A stretch of DNA of 32,000 bases from Bacillota bacterium (GCA_049323915.1 JBMOPC010000101.1:1-32000); one strand, 5' to 3'; positions 8,390 to 17,147 are shown, counted from the stretch's first letter. Notes: generated by a model not told the origin, from the sequence alone. Numbers and translations are program-made.

Positions 8390-8436
8390 GGCGGTAGTTA
8401 TTTCGGACACCATTATTCAATCCAAGGAGGGCAATC

Positions 8437-8946
8437 ATGAGCAGCTATTATCTCTTCCATGACGATAAAAAATGTATATCCTGCCGGGCATGCCAGGTCC
8501 AGTGCAAGGTGAACAAGGGACTGGGAGTGGGACCCAAGACAAACCAGATTATCGAGGTGGGGCCGGATAAGGTGGACGACCCCAGGGCAGCCTATGTGTT
8601 CATGTCCTGTTTCCATTGCGAAAAGCCATGGTGCCTGGCCGCCTGCCCAAGCGGCGCCATACAGAAGCGCTCCGGTGACGGCATCATATTCATAGACCAG
8701 GAACTCTGCGTCGGCTGTAAAAGCTGCATTATTGCATGTCCCTGGAGCGCACCCCAGTGGGACCTGAAAAAAGGCATAGCGGTAAAATGCGACTACTGCA
8801 AGGACCGCGTTGATGCCGGGATGAAGCCGGCCTGCGTTACCGCCTGCCCCACCGACTGCCTTATTTTTGACACGGCGGACCATATCCCTGACGCAAAGCG
8901 CGTTAGATTTGCCAGGGATATTTACTCGCATAAGAGTATTAAATAA
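8437..8946 (+). CDS. Four-cluster 4Fe-4S electron-transfer subunit (PsrB/DmsB-like)
   Basis: Four Cys groups are present: CISCRACQVQC, CFHCEKPWCLAACP, CVGCKSCIIACP, CDYC...CVTACP. AAGGAGGG lies upstream. Confidence 0.9.
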   Translation: MSSYYLFHDDKKCISCRACQVQCKVNKGLGVGPKTNQIIEVGPDKVDDPRAAYVFMSCFHCEKPWCLAACPSGAIQKRSGDGIIFIDQELCVGCKSCIIACPWSAPQWDLKKGIAVKCDYCKDRVDAGMKPACVTACPTDCLIFDTADHIPDAKRVRFARDIYSHKSIK

Positions 8947-8958
8947 TGGGGTGAATTT

Positions 8959-11148
8959 ATGGCTGAAAGCGTCTGTATGGTCAAACATACAGAGGATATC
9001 ATCAACTTCTTTTTAAATGAGGAAACGTGCTGCAGCCTTTGCCGCCGCATGTTCAAAAATATTTTGAAGCAATTGGAGGCGGTAAGGGAAGGCAAGGCCT
9101 CCCAGGACCTGGACATCATCGAGACCATCGGCCTTTTAGCCGGTGACATCATGAATTCCTGCCGGTGTGACAGGGGCAGGCCGGTGGCTGAAAAGGTTGT
9201 CTCCATTGTAAGGGATAACATGGGGGACTTTGCCGCCCATATAGAAAAGAGGGTTTGCCCCACTGCCGAATGTCCACAGCTGGTGATCGCCCCCTGCCAG
9301 GCGGCCTGCCCCGCGGGTATCGACATCCCCAACTACGTCGCCCTGGTTGGAGAGGGCCGGCATGAAGAAGCCCTGGAACTTATCAGGGATGACGTTCCTT
9401 TACCCGGCGTATTGGGGCGGGTTTGCGAGCACCCCTGTGAGAAAGCATGCAGGAGGGGGCTGGTGGACAAACCTATCGCCATCTGCGCCCTGAAAAGGCT
9501 TGCTTACGACAATGTAAACATAACGGGCAATAAGCTTCCATCACCGCCTGAAAGAAAATACGACGAGAAAGTGGCAGTTGTGGGATCGGGGCCGGCAGGC
9601 CTTTCCTGCGCCTACTTCCTTGCCCGGAGAGGATATGGTGTGACCATATTCGAGGCCATGCCCGAGCCCGGTGGTATGCTGGCATACGGAATTCCACCCT
9701 ACAGGCTTCCCAGGGAGGTGCTCCGTGACGAAATAGACTATATAAGGGCAATGGGAGTGGAGATACGGGTTAACAGCCCAATCTCCGGAAGCTACGACAT
9801 CGAGGCGCTGAAAAAAGAAGGGTATTCCGCGGTTTTTTTAAGCTCCGGCGCCTGGGAGGGCTCAAAACCAACTATACCTAACCTTGACAAGTTTAAAGGC
9901 GTCTACGACGGGGTAACCTTCTTGAGAAATGTCAACGGAGCTCTTCTAAAAAATTCTGAAGATAAAGCCCCTGACGTTGAAGGTAAAAAAATCGTTGTGA
10001 TAGGCGGCGGAAACGTGGCCATAGACGCCGCCCGGGTTTCTTTGAGGCTGGGGGCAAGCGAGGTCAGGGTTGTTTACCGGAGGACCCGGGAAGAGATGCC
10101 GGCCTTAAAGGAAGAGATTGAAGACGCGGAAAAAGAGGGGGTCATAATTGACTACCTGGTGGCCCCCTCCAACGTAAGCGGTGAAGAAGGAAGGGTCAGG
10201 TACGTAGAGTGTGTAAGAAACACACTGAGCGATCCCGACAGCAGCGGCCGCCGCAGACCGGTCGCCATAAAGGACTCGGAGTTTAAAATCGAAGCTGACG
10301 CCGTTATATTTGCCACCGGCCAGCAGCCACTCCTTACCTATCTTAAGGGAAAACTGATGGTAACTCTGGTGGACGTTGCCCAGAAACGCATAATGGTGAA
10401 AAACCCGCTTACCATGGAAACTCACCAGCCCGGCGTTTTTTCGGGTGGTGACACCGTAACAGGGCCGGCCACAGTGATAATGGCCATAGCCGGGGGCAAG
10501 AGGGCTGCAGCCGGTATCGACGCCTACCTTCGCGGAAAGATACTGCTGGTGGACGTCACCAAGAACAAGAGGATCAGCAAAACCCTCATACCGGTTTCAG
10601 CCGATCAGAAGGCACGGCCCAGCCTTATCGACCCTCATCATCTCTACATGGCCGAAAAGAAAAACACCTTTGAGGAAATAGTCAGGGCTGTAAGCGAAGA
10701 GGCGGCACAGGCTGAGGCAATGCGTTGCCTGAGGTGCGATATCTGCATCTCCTGTGGAAAGTGCGTGGTAAACTGCCGCAACCAGGTAAAGGTAAACGCC
10801 ATACGGCTGGGATACATCAACAGCGAAGAAGGGCCTGAATCGGATTTCGTCCATTCCGAAGAGGCATGCATAGGCTGCGGGACATGTTTTGTCAACTGCC
10901 CCACCGGTGCCATTACCCTGGAAGACAAGGAAAAATTCCGGGAGATGCGGATGTGCGGGACATTGATGAGCCGCCTGGAACTGGTTGAGTGCCAGTTTTG
11001 CGGCCAGACCTTCGCCACTGTAAGACATCTAGATTTTATCAACCAGAACGTAAAAGTTAAATTTGCCGAGTATACAAGAAAAATTATATGCCCTGACTGC
11101 ATGCCAAAGGTAATTTCGAGGGCCACGTATGGAATAAAACCGGTATAA
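8959..11148 (+). CDS. NAD(P)H-dependent flavin/FeS oxidoreductase: NuoF-type FeS helical domain + GltD-like core + 2x[4Fe-4S] + CxxC...CxxC tail
   Basis: The GltD hallmarks are CQAACPAGIDIPNY, VCEHPCEKACRR, VAVVGSGPAGLSCAY and VVIGGGNVAIDAAR. The N-terminus (CCSLC...DLDIIE...SCRC...FAAHIEKRVC) resembles the NuoF 4Fe-4S region. The C-terminus carries CLRCDICISCGKC, CIGCGTCFVNCP and CQFC...CPDC. Confidence 0.9.
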   Translation: MAESVCMVKHTEDIINFFLNEETCCSLCRRMFKNILKQLEAVREGKASQDLDIIETIGLLAGDIMNSCRCDRGRPVAEKVVSIVRDNMGDFAAHIEKRVCPTAECPQLVIAPCQAACPAGIDIPNYVALVGEGRHEEALELIRDDVPLPGVLGRVCEHPCEKACRRGLVDKPIAICALKRLAYDNVNITGNKLPSPPERKYDEKVAVVGSGPAGLSCAYFLARRGYGVTIFEAMPEPGGMLAYGIPPYRLPREVLRDEIDYIRAMGVEIRVNSPISGSYDIEALKKEGYSAVFLSSGAWEGSKPTIPNLDKFKGVYDGVTFLRNVNGALLKNSEDKAPDVEGKKIVVIGGGNVAIDAARVSLRLGASEVRVVYRRTREEMPALKEEIEDAEKEGVIIDYLVAPSNVSGEEGRVRYVECVRNTLSDPDSSGRRRPVAIKDSEFKIEADAVIFATGQQPLLTYLKGKLMVTLVDVAQKRIMVKNPLTMETHQPGVFSGGDTVTGPATVIMAIAGGKRAAAGIDAYLRGKILLVDVTKNKRISKTLIPVSADQKARPSLIDPHHLYMAEKKNTFEEIVRAVSEEAAQAEAMRCLRCDICISCGKCVVNCRNQVKVNAIRLGYINSEEGPESDFVHSEEACIGCGTCFVNCPTGAITLEDKEKFREMRMCGTLMSRLELVECQFCGQTFATVRHLDFINQNVKVKFAEYTRKIICPDCMPKVISRATYGIKPV

Positions 11149-11229
11149 AAGGGGCTGGGCGCCCCTTCGGACGGTATAAACGTCCTCAACCCCCCACTGA
11201 AGCAAGGGGGACGCCCCCTTGGAACCCCC
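11147..11229. repeat. Copy A of an approximately 80-nt three-hairpin repeat element
   Basis: Hairpins are AAGGGGC(tgggc)GCCCCTT, GGACG(gtataaa)CGTCC and CAAGGGGG(acg)CCCCCTTG. The copy is about 85 percent identical to 20151-20229, with the differences confined to loops and linkers. Confidence 0.7.
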
Positions 11230-11334
11230 AATGTGGCCCTGTGGTGATATGCATGTACTTAAACGCTTTAACACGTTAAAACGTCATATATTTTCATAAG
11301 CGTTATAAAACATAAGCCGCGGTAAATCCGCAGC

Positions 11335-12003
11335 TTATGTTATCCACTTTGCCAGTTTGTCCGGGTCCAGTATCCTTATTCCCCGCCCCTCGTATGCAAT
11401 GCTCTTCTCGGTTTTAAATGTGTTCAGCAGGGATGTAACGGTCTGCCTCGATGTACCCACCATATTGGCCAGTTCCTCGTGGGTAAGCTGAAGGTTTAAC
11501 CTTATACCGCTTTTGGATTCCTCACCGCAGCGCTCTCCCATTTTAAGCAGCATAAGGGCAAGCCTCCCGGGCGCCTGCCAGCAGACCATCTCATGTATGA
11601 TGGCCTCAGCATCCCTCATCCTGGCGCCCAGCAGCTTGGCCACCTTCAGTCCCAGAACTGAATGCCTGGCCAGCAGCTCTTCAAACTTATTCTTCCTTAT
11701 TATAACCAGGCTTACATTGTTGATGGCCCCGGCAAAGCAGGTCCTTTCACCGCCCCAGAGTGTTTCCGCCAGCCCCATCATCTCTCCGGGACTTCTGATG
11801 CTGCCCACAGTGACCCGGCGCCCGTCGGGAGAAAGGCGGTATATCTTTACCCAGCCGCTTTCGATTAGAAATATCCTGTCGGCAATATCACCCGCTGAAA
11901 AAATGATGTGGTTTTTGGGGTAATGGACAGTGGATCCTGCCTCCCGCAGCAACATTTTTTCAACTTCGTCAAGAGTAGGGAAATCTATACTTGAAAGAGA
12001 CAA
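11335..12003 (-). CDS. Crp/Fnr family transcriptional regulator (cNMP-binding domain + C-terminal HTH)
   Basis: The effector domain reads IIFSAGDIADRIFLIESGWVKIYRLSPDGRRV. The HTH reads THEELANMVGTSRQTVTSLLNTF. There is no FNR-type N-terminal Cys cluster. GGAAGGAGG lies 8 nt upstream of TTG 12003; the ORF-track ATG at 12036 lies upstream of that SD. Confidence 0.85.
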   Translation of the reverse strand: MSLSSIDFPTLDEVEKMLLREAGSTVHYPKNHIIFSAGDIADRIFLIESGWVKIYRLSPDGRRVTVGSIRSPGEMMGLAETLWGGERTCFAGAINNVSLVIIRKNKFEELLARHSVLGLKVAKLLGARMRDAEAIIHEMVCWQAPGRLALMLLKMGERCGEESKSGIRLNLQLTHEELANMVGTSRQTVTSLLNTFKTEKSIAYEGRGIRILDPDKLAKWIT

Positions 12004-12246
12004 GACAAAAACCTCCTTCCCCGAAAATAAATACATTCACTTCTAGTTCTTACCTGCATTATCCTTTAATATCAGGAATAATATTTTGAATTTTCATTTT
12101 ATTCTCAGAAACCCTGGATAAGGGCGCTTATTCCCTTAAATATCGTAGTTAATTATACAATATCCGCAAAAAGCATGTCAATTCGACATTGGCTTTTCAC
12201 TCTCACCCTAAGAGGCGCGTATTTACCGTCTGGCGGATTGAATATT

Positions 12247-12277
12247 AAAGCCCGGCTGATGCAGCCGGGCTTTTTTA
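12247..12277. terminator. Hairpin terminator after the NMO-like gene (usable on both strands)
   Basis: GCCCGGC (12250-12256) pairs with GCCGGGC (12264-12270). T6 follows on the plus side; TTTAATATT follows on the minus side. Confidence 0.6.
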
Positions 12278-12283
12278 TCCTTC

Positions 12284-13252
12284 CTAACCCACCCTGGAGC
12301 TACCCATAAAGTATTTGAGCTCATAGAGGAGGTTGTTGAATATATCTTTGACTGAGAGTATATCCTTTATCTGATGGACATTCTGACCTACAAAAACAAC
12401 CCCTTCCTCCACTTTGCCGGTCCTGGAGTTCTCCAGGGCGTTCATTATGCAATACTGGCCGCTGCACTGCTTGAGGCAGCCCTCACACTGATCCGGGGCC
12501 GGCGCCTCGCCTGAAAGCAGTTTTGAAACGAAGCTGTTTTTCAACGCCCTGCCCGGCATTCCCACCGGGCTGGGTATTACCGTTACGTCTTCGGGCCTTG
12601 CCTTCAGGTACATTTTCTTAAACATGTCGGAGACACTGCATTCCTTGCTTAAAACAAACCTGGTGGCCATCTGGACCCCGTCGGCCCCCATCTTGAAAGC
12701 CTTGGAAATCCCTTCACCGTTTACAATCCCCCCGGCAGCCAGCATGGGTATTTTTATAGCTTCCCTAATGGATGGCATCAGCTCAAAAAGAGGCCTGTCC
12801 GTGCCAAGGTGCCCCCCGGCCTCGGTCCCCTCGACCACCACGGCCGCCGCGCCGTATTTCTCCGCAGCTGCAGCCAGTCTGGCCGAAGACACTATGGAAA
12901 CTATTGGTACGCCGTATTCCTTTCCCCATTTGAAAATGTCCCTGGAAAACCCGGCCCCGGTGAATATCAGGTCCACCTTTTCCTCTATGGCCGTTTTGAC
13001 CATGTCGGTAAATTCCCTTATGGCAAACATTATATTTACACCCACAATACCCTTGCTTAGCCGCTTGGCTTCCCTTATTTCAGCCCGCAGCTCCTCCAGT
13101 CCCATACCTGTGGCCCCGATTACCCCTATTCCTCCCGCCTCAGCCACCGCAGCCGCCAGTGAAGAGGTGGAAACCCTCAGCGCCATACCTCCCTGCACGA
13201 TGGGGAAAGCCGGAGAAAGGTCCCCTATCTTAAGTTTAGGGAGTTGTATCAT
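12284..13252 (-). CDS. NAD(P)H-dependent flavin oxidoreductase, nitronate monooxygenase / FabK-like family
   Basis: PIVQGGMA...SLAAAVAEAGGIGVIG...VVVEGTEAGGHLG...PMLAAGGI..G....AF.MGADGVQMATRF is the NMO/enoyl-ACP reductase II TIM-barrel pattern. An extra Cys-rich C-terminus reads CEGCLKQCSGQYC. Confidence 0.85.
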   Translation of the reverse strand: MIQLPKLKIGDLSPAFPIVQGGMALRVSTSSLAAAVAEAGGIGVIGATGMGLEELRAEIREAKRLSKGIVGVNIMFAIREFTDMVKTAIEEKVDLIFTGAGFSRDIFKWGKEYGVPIVSIVSSARLAAAAEKYGAAAVVVEGTEAGGHLGTDRPLFELMPSIREAIKIPMLAAGGIVNGEGISKAFKMGADGVQMATRFVLSKECSVSDMFKKMYLKARPEDVTVIPSPVGMPGRALKNSFVSKLLSGEAPAPDQCEGCLKQCSGQYCIMNALENSRTGKVEEGVVFVGQNVHQIKDILSVKDIFNNLLYELKYFMGSSRVG

Positions 13253-13302
13253 TTTTATTCGCCTCCGTTATTTTCTATATAAAGTATTTTATTCATATAT
13301 CA

Positions 13303-13325
13303 TGGAAATTCATTATTAATTTCCA
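13303..13325. promoter_or_regulatory. Perfect 8-bp inverted repeat TGGAAATT-N7-AATTTCCA in a divergent promoter region
   Basis: Seen directly in the sequence. It lies between the NMO-like gene (minus strand) and the ferredoxin/AOR genes (plus strand). Function unknown. Confidence 0.3.
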
Positions 13326-13511
13326 CGAGTAAGACCTAAACAGTCGTTTATATATTTTTATTGTTGCCTGGTTTTGAAAAATTACAACCTAACTAATTCT
13401 ACGATTTTTTTTCAAAGGTTTCAACACTTCATACGTATTACGGGAGGTATTTTAAAAAAATTAAAGAATTAAATTAATTAAACAGTGAGTATTTTACTGA
13501 AGGTGAAATAA

Positions 13512-13745
13512 ATGTCTAAGGAAATCCTGATTAAACCCCGTCTTTGTATAGGATGCTCCACCTGCTCCCTTTACTGCTCATTGCAAAACACCGGCGAGTT
13601 CAGGCCCTCCCGGGCTTACATCAGAATAGTCAGGAAGGATTTTGAAGGTAAATTTGACATAACATTTTCCTCCTCCTGCATAGGATGCGGCATATGCGCC
13701 CGGTGCTGCCCCTCCGGAGCCTTGAGGCTGGTGGATATTTCGTAA
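13512..13745 (+). CDS. 2x[4Fe-4S] ferredoxin
   Basis: CIGCSTCSLYC and CIGCGICARCCP motifs, 77 aa, immediately upstream of the AOR gene. Confidence 0.85.
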   Translation: MSKEILIKPRLCIGCSTCSLYCSLQNTGEFRPSRAYIRIVRKDFEGKFDITFSSSCIGCGICARCCPSGALRLVDIS

Positions 13746-13790
13746 CGCAATTTCTAAAATTCATTTTCGTGGGGGTGAATGCCACCTTTT

Positions 13791-15713
13791 ATGGAATGTC
13801 AGGGATATGTCGGAAAAATACTTGATATTGACCTTTCGACGGGAACTTTTCTGTGTAAGGACCTGCCGGAAGATTTAATCCGAAGTCACCTCGGCGGAAT
13901 AGGGTTTAACGCATCCATACTTTACAGGGAGCTAAGCCCGGGAACAAACCCTCTCGGGCCGGGCAACATACTGGCCTTCAGCACCGGACCCCTGGTGGGC
14001 AGCAACATCCCCACCTCCTGCCGCACCGAGGCGTCGGCCCTCTCCCCGGCCACAGGGCTTTTCGGCACTTCAAATTCGGGCAACTACTGGGGCGGGGAGC
14101 TTAAATACGCGGGATACGACAGTCTTATCATAAGGGGCAGGGCCAGCAAGCCCGTGTATATCCTGATTTGTGACGGAGAAGTTAAAATTCTTCCCGCTGA
14201 TCACCTCTGGGGAAAAGATGCGTGGGACGCCATCAGCACAATACAAAAAGACCTGGACGATATCGAAATACAGGTGGCGGCAATCGGCCAGGCAGGCGAA
14301 AACCTCGTCCGCTTCGCCAGCATTGAAAACGGGCCCTATGACGCATGGGCCAGAACCGGGCTGGGCGCGGTCATGGGCAGCAAGAACCTCAAGGCTGTGG
14401 CCGTCAGGGGCACCGGGCCGGTAAGAGTGGCCAGTCCCAGGGATTTAGCCGGGACCCTAGAAAAAACCCGCCAGGCAATATTCAGCTCCCCCTTTTACGG
14501 GCCCTTTGAAAAATTCGGAACCATGCTGATAACCTTACCCTATTATGAATTCGGCATACTTCCGGGACGCAACTTCCAAACCGGCACCCCGGAAGGCTGG
14601 ATGGAGACAAGGACCCGCAAGCAGCTTCCAGGGCTGACAAAGCGCGGGGTCTCCTGCATGTCGTGCCCCATAGCCTGCGCCCACTGGGTGGAGGTAAAAG
14701 AAGGCCGCTATGCCGGACTCCGGCTAAAGGATATGGAGGTTACTCCGGTTATAGGATTCGGCGCCGGATGCGACATCAGGGACCTTCCGGCTATTGCGGC
14801 CATCTGTGGGGAGTGCCAGCGTTACGGCATGGACATGGTGTCGGCTGCGGCATCCATTGCCTTTGCCATGGAAATGTATCAGAGGGGGCATATCACCAGA
14901 GACGACCTGGGATTCGACCTTTCCTGGGGAGATGAGGACGGAACCTTTAAGCTTCTGGAAATGATAGCCCTGCGCCGGGGCATAGGAAACATACTGGCCG
15001 AAGGGACACGGCTGGCTGCCGCAAAGTTCCCGGGAGCCGAGGCATTGGCCGTACATGTCAAGGGGCTTGAATACATGCTGGCCGACCCCAGGGGGCGCTG
15101 GTCCACCTGGACATTCGGCAGCATCACCAACATCCGGGGAGGCGACCACCTCCGCACCAGGAACCCGGTGGAAAACCTGAAATACAATGAAAATCCCATT
15201 CCCTACCGCACGGAAAAATTCGGGCTCACCGACTACTTCTACGACACCCTGGACATGTCGGAAGAACTCAAAAAGCATGTTTTCGACCCGGCCACCAGGG
15301 ACGTAAACGTACCCCTCATGTCAAAATGGTCCGAAGACCTCATCACAGTGTATAACTCGGTGGGAATGTGCATAAGGCCACCGGTTCTGCACACCGTAGG
15401 CCCCACTCTTTTTTCGGAAATGATAAAGTCCTTAAGCGGACATGAAATTACCCCGGAAGAGATAATGACAGCCGGGGAGCGCATCTGGAACACAATAAAG
15501 CTGTTTAATATAAGGCACGGTGAAAAGCCTGAACACTCCGATTACCCTGCCAGGTTTTACAATGAGGAGCTAAAAACACCCGCAGGCCCGAAAAAGCTTG
15601 ACCCCGAAGCAGTCAGGTCCGCCCTTTCCGAGTATTACGCCGCCAGGGGATGGGACCCGGTCACCGGAGCGCCAACCCCGGAAAAACTGAAGGAGTTAGG
15701 AATTGAAGTTTAG
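13791..15713 (+). CDS. Aldehyde:ferredoxin oxidoreductase family (tungstopterin) enzyme
   Basis: The N-terminus GYVGKILDIDLSTG, the motif ELKYAGYDSLIIRGRASKPVY, the cluster ligands C-x2-C-x3-C (CMSCPIAC) and a distal Cys (VGMC) all fit the family. ATG 13791 is preferred over 13779, which abuts the GGGGGTG SD. Confidence 0.9.
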   Translation: MECQGYVGKILDIDLSTGTFLCKDLPEDLIRSHLGGIGFNASILYRELSPGTNPLGPGNILAFSTGPLVGSNIPTSCRTEASALSPATGLFGTSNSGNYWGGELKYAGYDSLIIRGRASKPVYILICDGEVKILPADHLWGKDAWDAISTIQKDLDDIEIQVAAIGQAGENLVRFASIENGPYDAWARTGLGAVMGSKNLKAVAVRGTGPVRVASPRDLAGTLEKTRQAIFSSPFYGPFEKFGTMLITLPYYEFGILPGRNFQTGTPEGWMETRTRKQLPGLTKRGVSCMSCPIACAHWVEVKEGRYAGLRLKDMEVTPVIGFGAGCDIRDLPAIAAICGECQRYGMDMVSAAASIAFAMEMYQRGHITRDDLGFDLSWGDEDGTFKLLEMIALRRGIGNILAEGTRLAAAKFPGAEALAVHVKGLEYMLADPRGRWSTWTFGSITNIRGGDHLRTRNPVENLKYNENPIPYRTEKFGLTDYFYDTLDMSEELKKHVFDPATRDVNVPLMSKWSEDLITVYNSVGMCIRPPVLHTVGPTLFSEMIKSLSGHEITPEEIMTAGERIWNTIKLFNIRHGEKPEHSDYPARFYNEELKTPAGPKKLDPEAVRSALSEYYAARGWDPVTGAPTPEKLKELGIEV

Positions 15714-15806
15714 CCGGGAGACCGGAATTGATTTAAAAAACAAAAACGGCGCGGCAGGCACCGTCTGATATTTTTTTGCAGCTTTTTAATTATGGCGGCG
15801 GACAGG

Positions 15807-16160
15807 TCAAAAGGTGCATTCGCCCATGCAAATAAAATAGTTTTGCTCCAGAGTGGTGTCGGCAATCTTCATGAAGCTCTGCTCGGGATTCCATGTAAGC
15901 TGTATCCGGATGCCGTCAAAATAATCAACCTTCTCTATATCACCTATAGCCACCCTTTTAAAGCCGGAAGTTTCATGGGTGAATACAAGCTGAAACTTTT
16001 CATTTCTGACCAGTCTGAAACGGGTATCACCGACCGTTTTATCTATTATAACAACCTCGGGGACGGATTTGTCCAGAAGCTTCTTGTTTTTGGTATACCA
16101 GTCCAGTGTTCCTGCTTTCATATTAATTTCGTCTATCATGTCGTCTTTTCTGAAAGCCAC
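15807..16160 (-). CDS. Hypothetical protein (orphan by eye)
   Basis: The ORF is in an AT-richer segment. GGGGGGTG lies 6 nt upstream of GTG 16160. No recognisable motif. The start is uncertain; ATG 16139 is an alternative. Confidence 0.55.
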   Translation of the reverse strand: MAFRKDDMIDEINMKAGTLDWYTKNKKLLDKSVPEVVIIDKTVGDTRFRLVRNEKFQLVFTHETSGFKRVAIGDIEKVDYFDGIRIQLTWNPEQSFMKIADTTLEQNYFICMGECTF

Positions 16161-16299
16161 TAAGCCCACCCCCCTGGTATGTTATACTAAAAGAATAATT
16201 CAGCATTCATATATTTAATCCTTCTGGTACTTCTATAAAATATGAAAAGATTGTGCAAATGAATACAAGTCCAAAGCCATTTAAAGTCGGCGTATCAAC

Positions 16300-16455
16300 A
16301 TGGAGGTGATTTTTACGGACAGCTCTGTATTGCTGGTAATACTGGCAGTTATTGCCCTGCTGCTTTTCATAAAACTGATCAAGGGAGTAATACGGCTGGC
16401 CTTAGTGGTGATGCTGGTGGGACTGGGGTTTTGGTACTCCTCAAAATTCCTGTAA
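16300..16455 (+). CDS. Possible small two-TM membrane peptide (51 aa)
   Basis: MEVIFTDSSVLLVILAVIALLLFIKLIKGVIRLALVVMLVGLGFWYSSKFL has two hydrophobic helices. No convincing SD. Confidence 0.25.
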   Translation: MEVIFTDSSVLLVILAVIALLLFIKLIKGVIRLALVVMLVGLGFWYSSKFL

Positions 16456-16573
16456 AAAGTAACATGATGACTTTGTGAATTTTATAGCAGGAAACGGCGC
16501 ACTCCCGTCGTAATAACTATATATAAAAAGAAAAAGAGATAATAATTCTGCAAAATACCTGGAGGTGTAGTTA

Positions 16574-17134
16574 ATGGGCAGCCAGAGAAAAATAGCCATT
16601 ATAGGAGGTCCCGGAACAGGAAAAACAACACTGGTCAAACAGCTGGACGTCGAATACGGCCTGGCCGGCTACATTTCCGATGTTTGCCTTGAATTCGCAC
16701 GTTCTTACATAGTGAACTACGGTGTGCCAACCAATATATTTGAACAGTTTCTGCTTTACGAGGGGCAAAAGCAGAGGGAGGCCGAGTTTAAACACTGCGA
16801 AATACTTTTCTGTGACAATGCCACAATTCTAAACTATGTATACGGGCTGATCAGCTGCGACTACAACAACCCCAAAGAGGTTTACTCACTGATGAAGCTT
16901 TTCGAGTGGGCCATGAAAGACCTGCCGGGATACCAGATATTCTACATACCCCGGGAGTTTTCGCTTACCATGGACGGGGTGCGCTACCAGGACGAAGATT
17001 TTGCCGTGATGATCGACAAAAGAATAAAAAGCTTCCTGGATATCATGAATGTACCCTACACCGTGATACAGGGGGACATTAAAACAAGGGTGGACAAGGT
17101 TAAAGAAATAATAGGCTTTGAAAACAGAAGGTAA
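16574..17134 (+). CDS. P-loop NTPase (AAA_28 / NadR-kinase-like small ATPase)
   Basis: Walker A reads IAIIGGPGTGKTTL, and a Walker B-like ILFCDN follows. GGAGGTG lies 6 nt upstream. Confidence 0.8.
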   Translation: MGSQRKIAIIGGPGTGKTTLVKQLDVEYGLAGYISDVCLEFARSYIVNYGVPTNIFEQFLLYEGQKQREAEFKHCEILFCDNATILNYVYGLISCDYNNPKEVYSLMKLFEWAMKDLPGYQIFYIPREFSLTMDGVRYQDEDFAVMIDKRIKSFLDIMNVPYTVIQGDIKTRVDKVKEIIGFENRR

Positions 17135-17147
17135 TAGCTTGCAAGAA

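Noticed and set aside
12175-12189. The palindrome ATGTC-N5-GACAT as a second CRP-family site equivalent to 6061-6076.
   Set aside because: The half-site spacing differs (TGTC-N5-GACA versus TGTC-N8-GACA), so it cannot be the same operator type. It is mentioned only as a possible separate site.
12624-13319. Long antisense ORFs: 231 aa at 12624-13319, and also 685-1311(-), 1513-2229(-), 18400-19224(+), 20359-21006(+), 22567-23106(+), 14724-15278(-).
   Set aside because: Each lies opposite a confidently recognised gene. The translations are low-complexity and rich in Arg, Pro, Ser and Ala. This is typical of shadow ORFs in GC-rich coding DNA.
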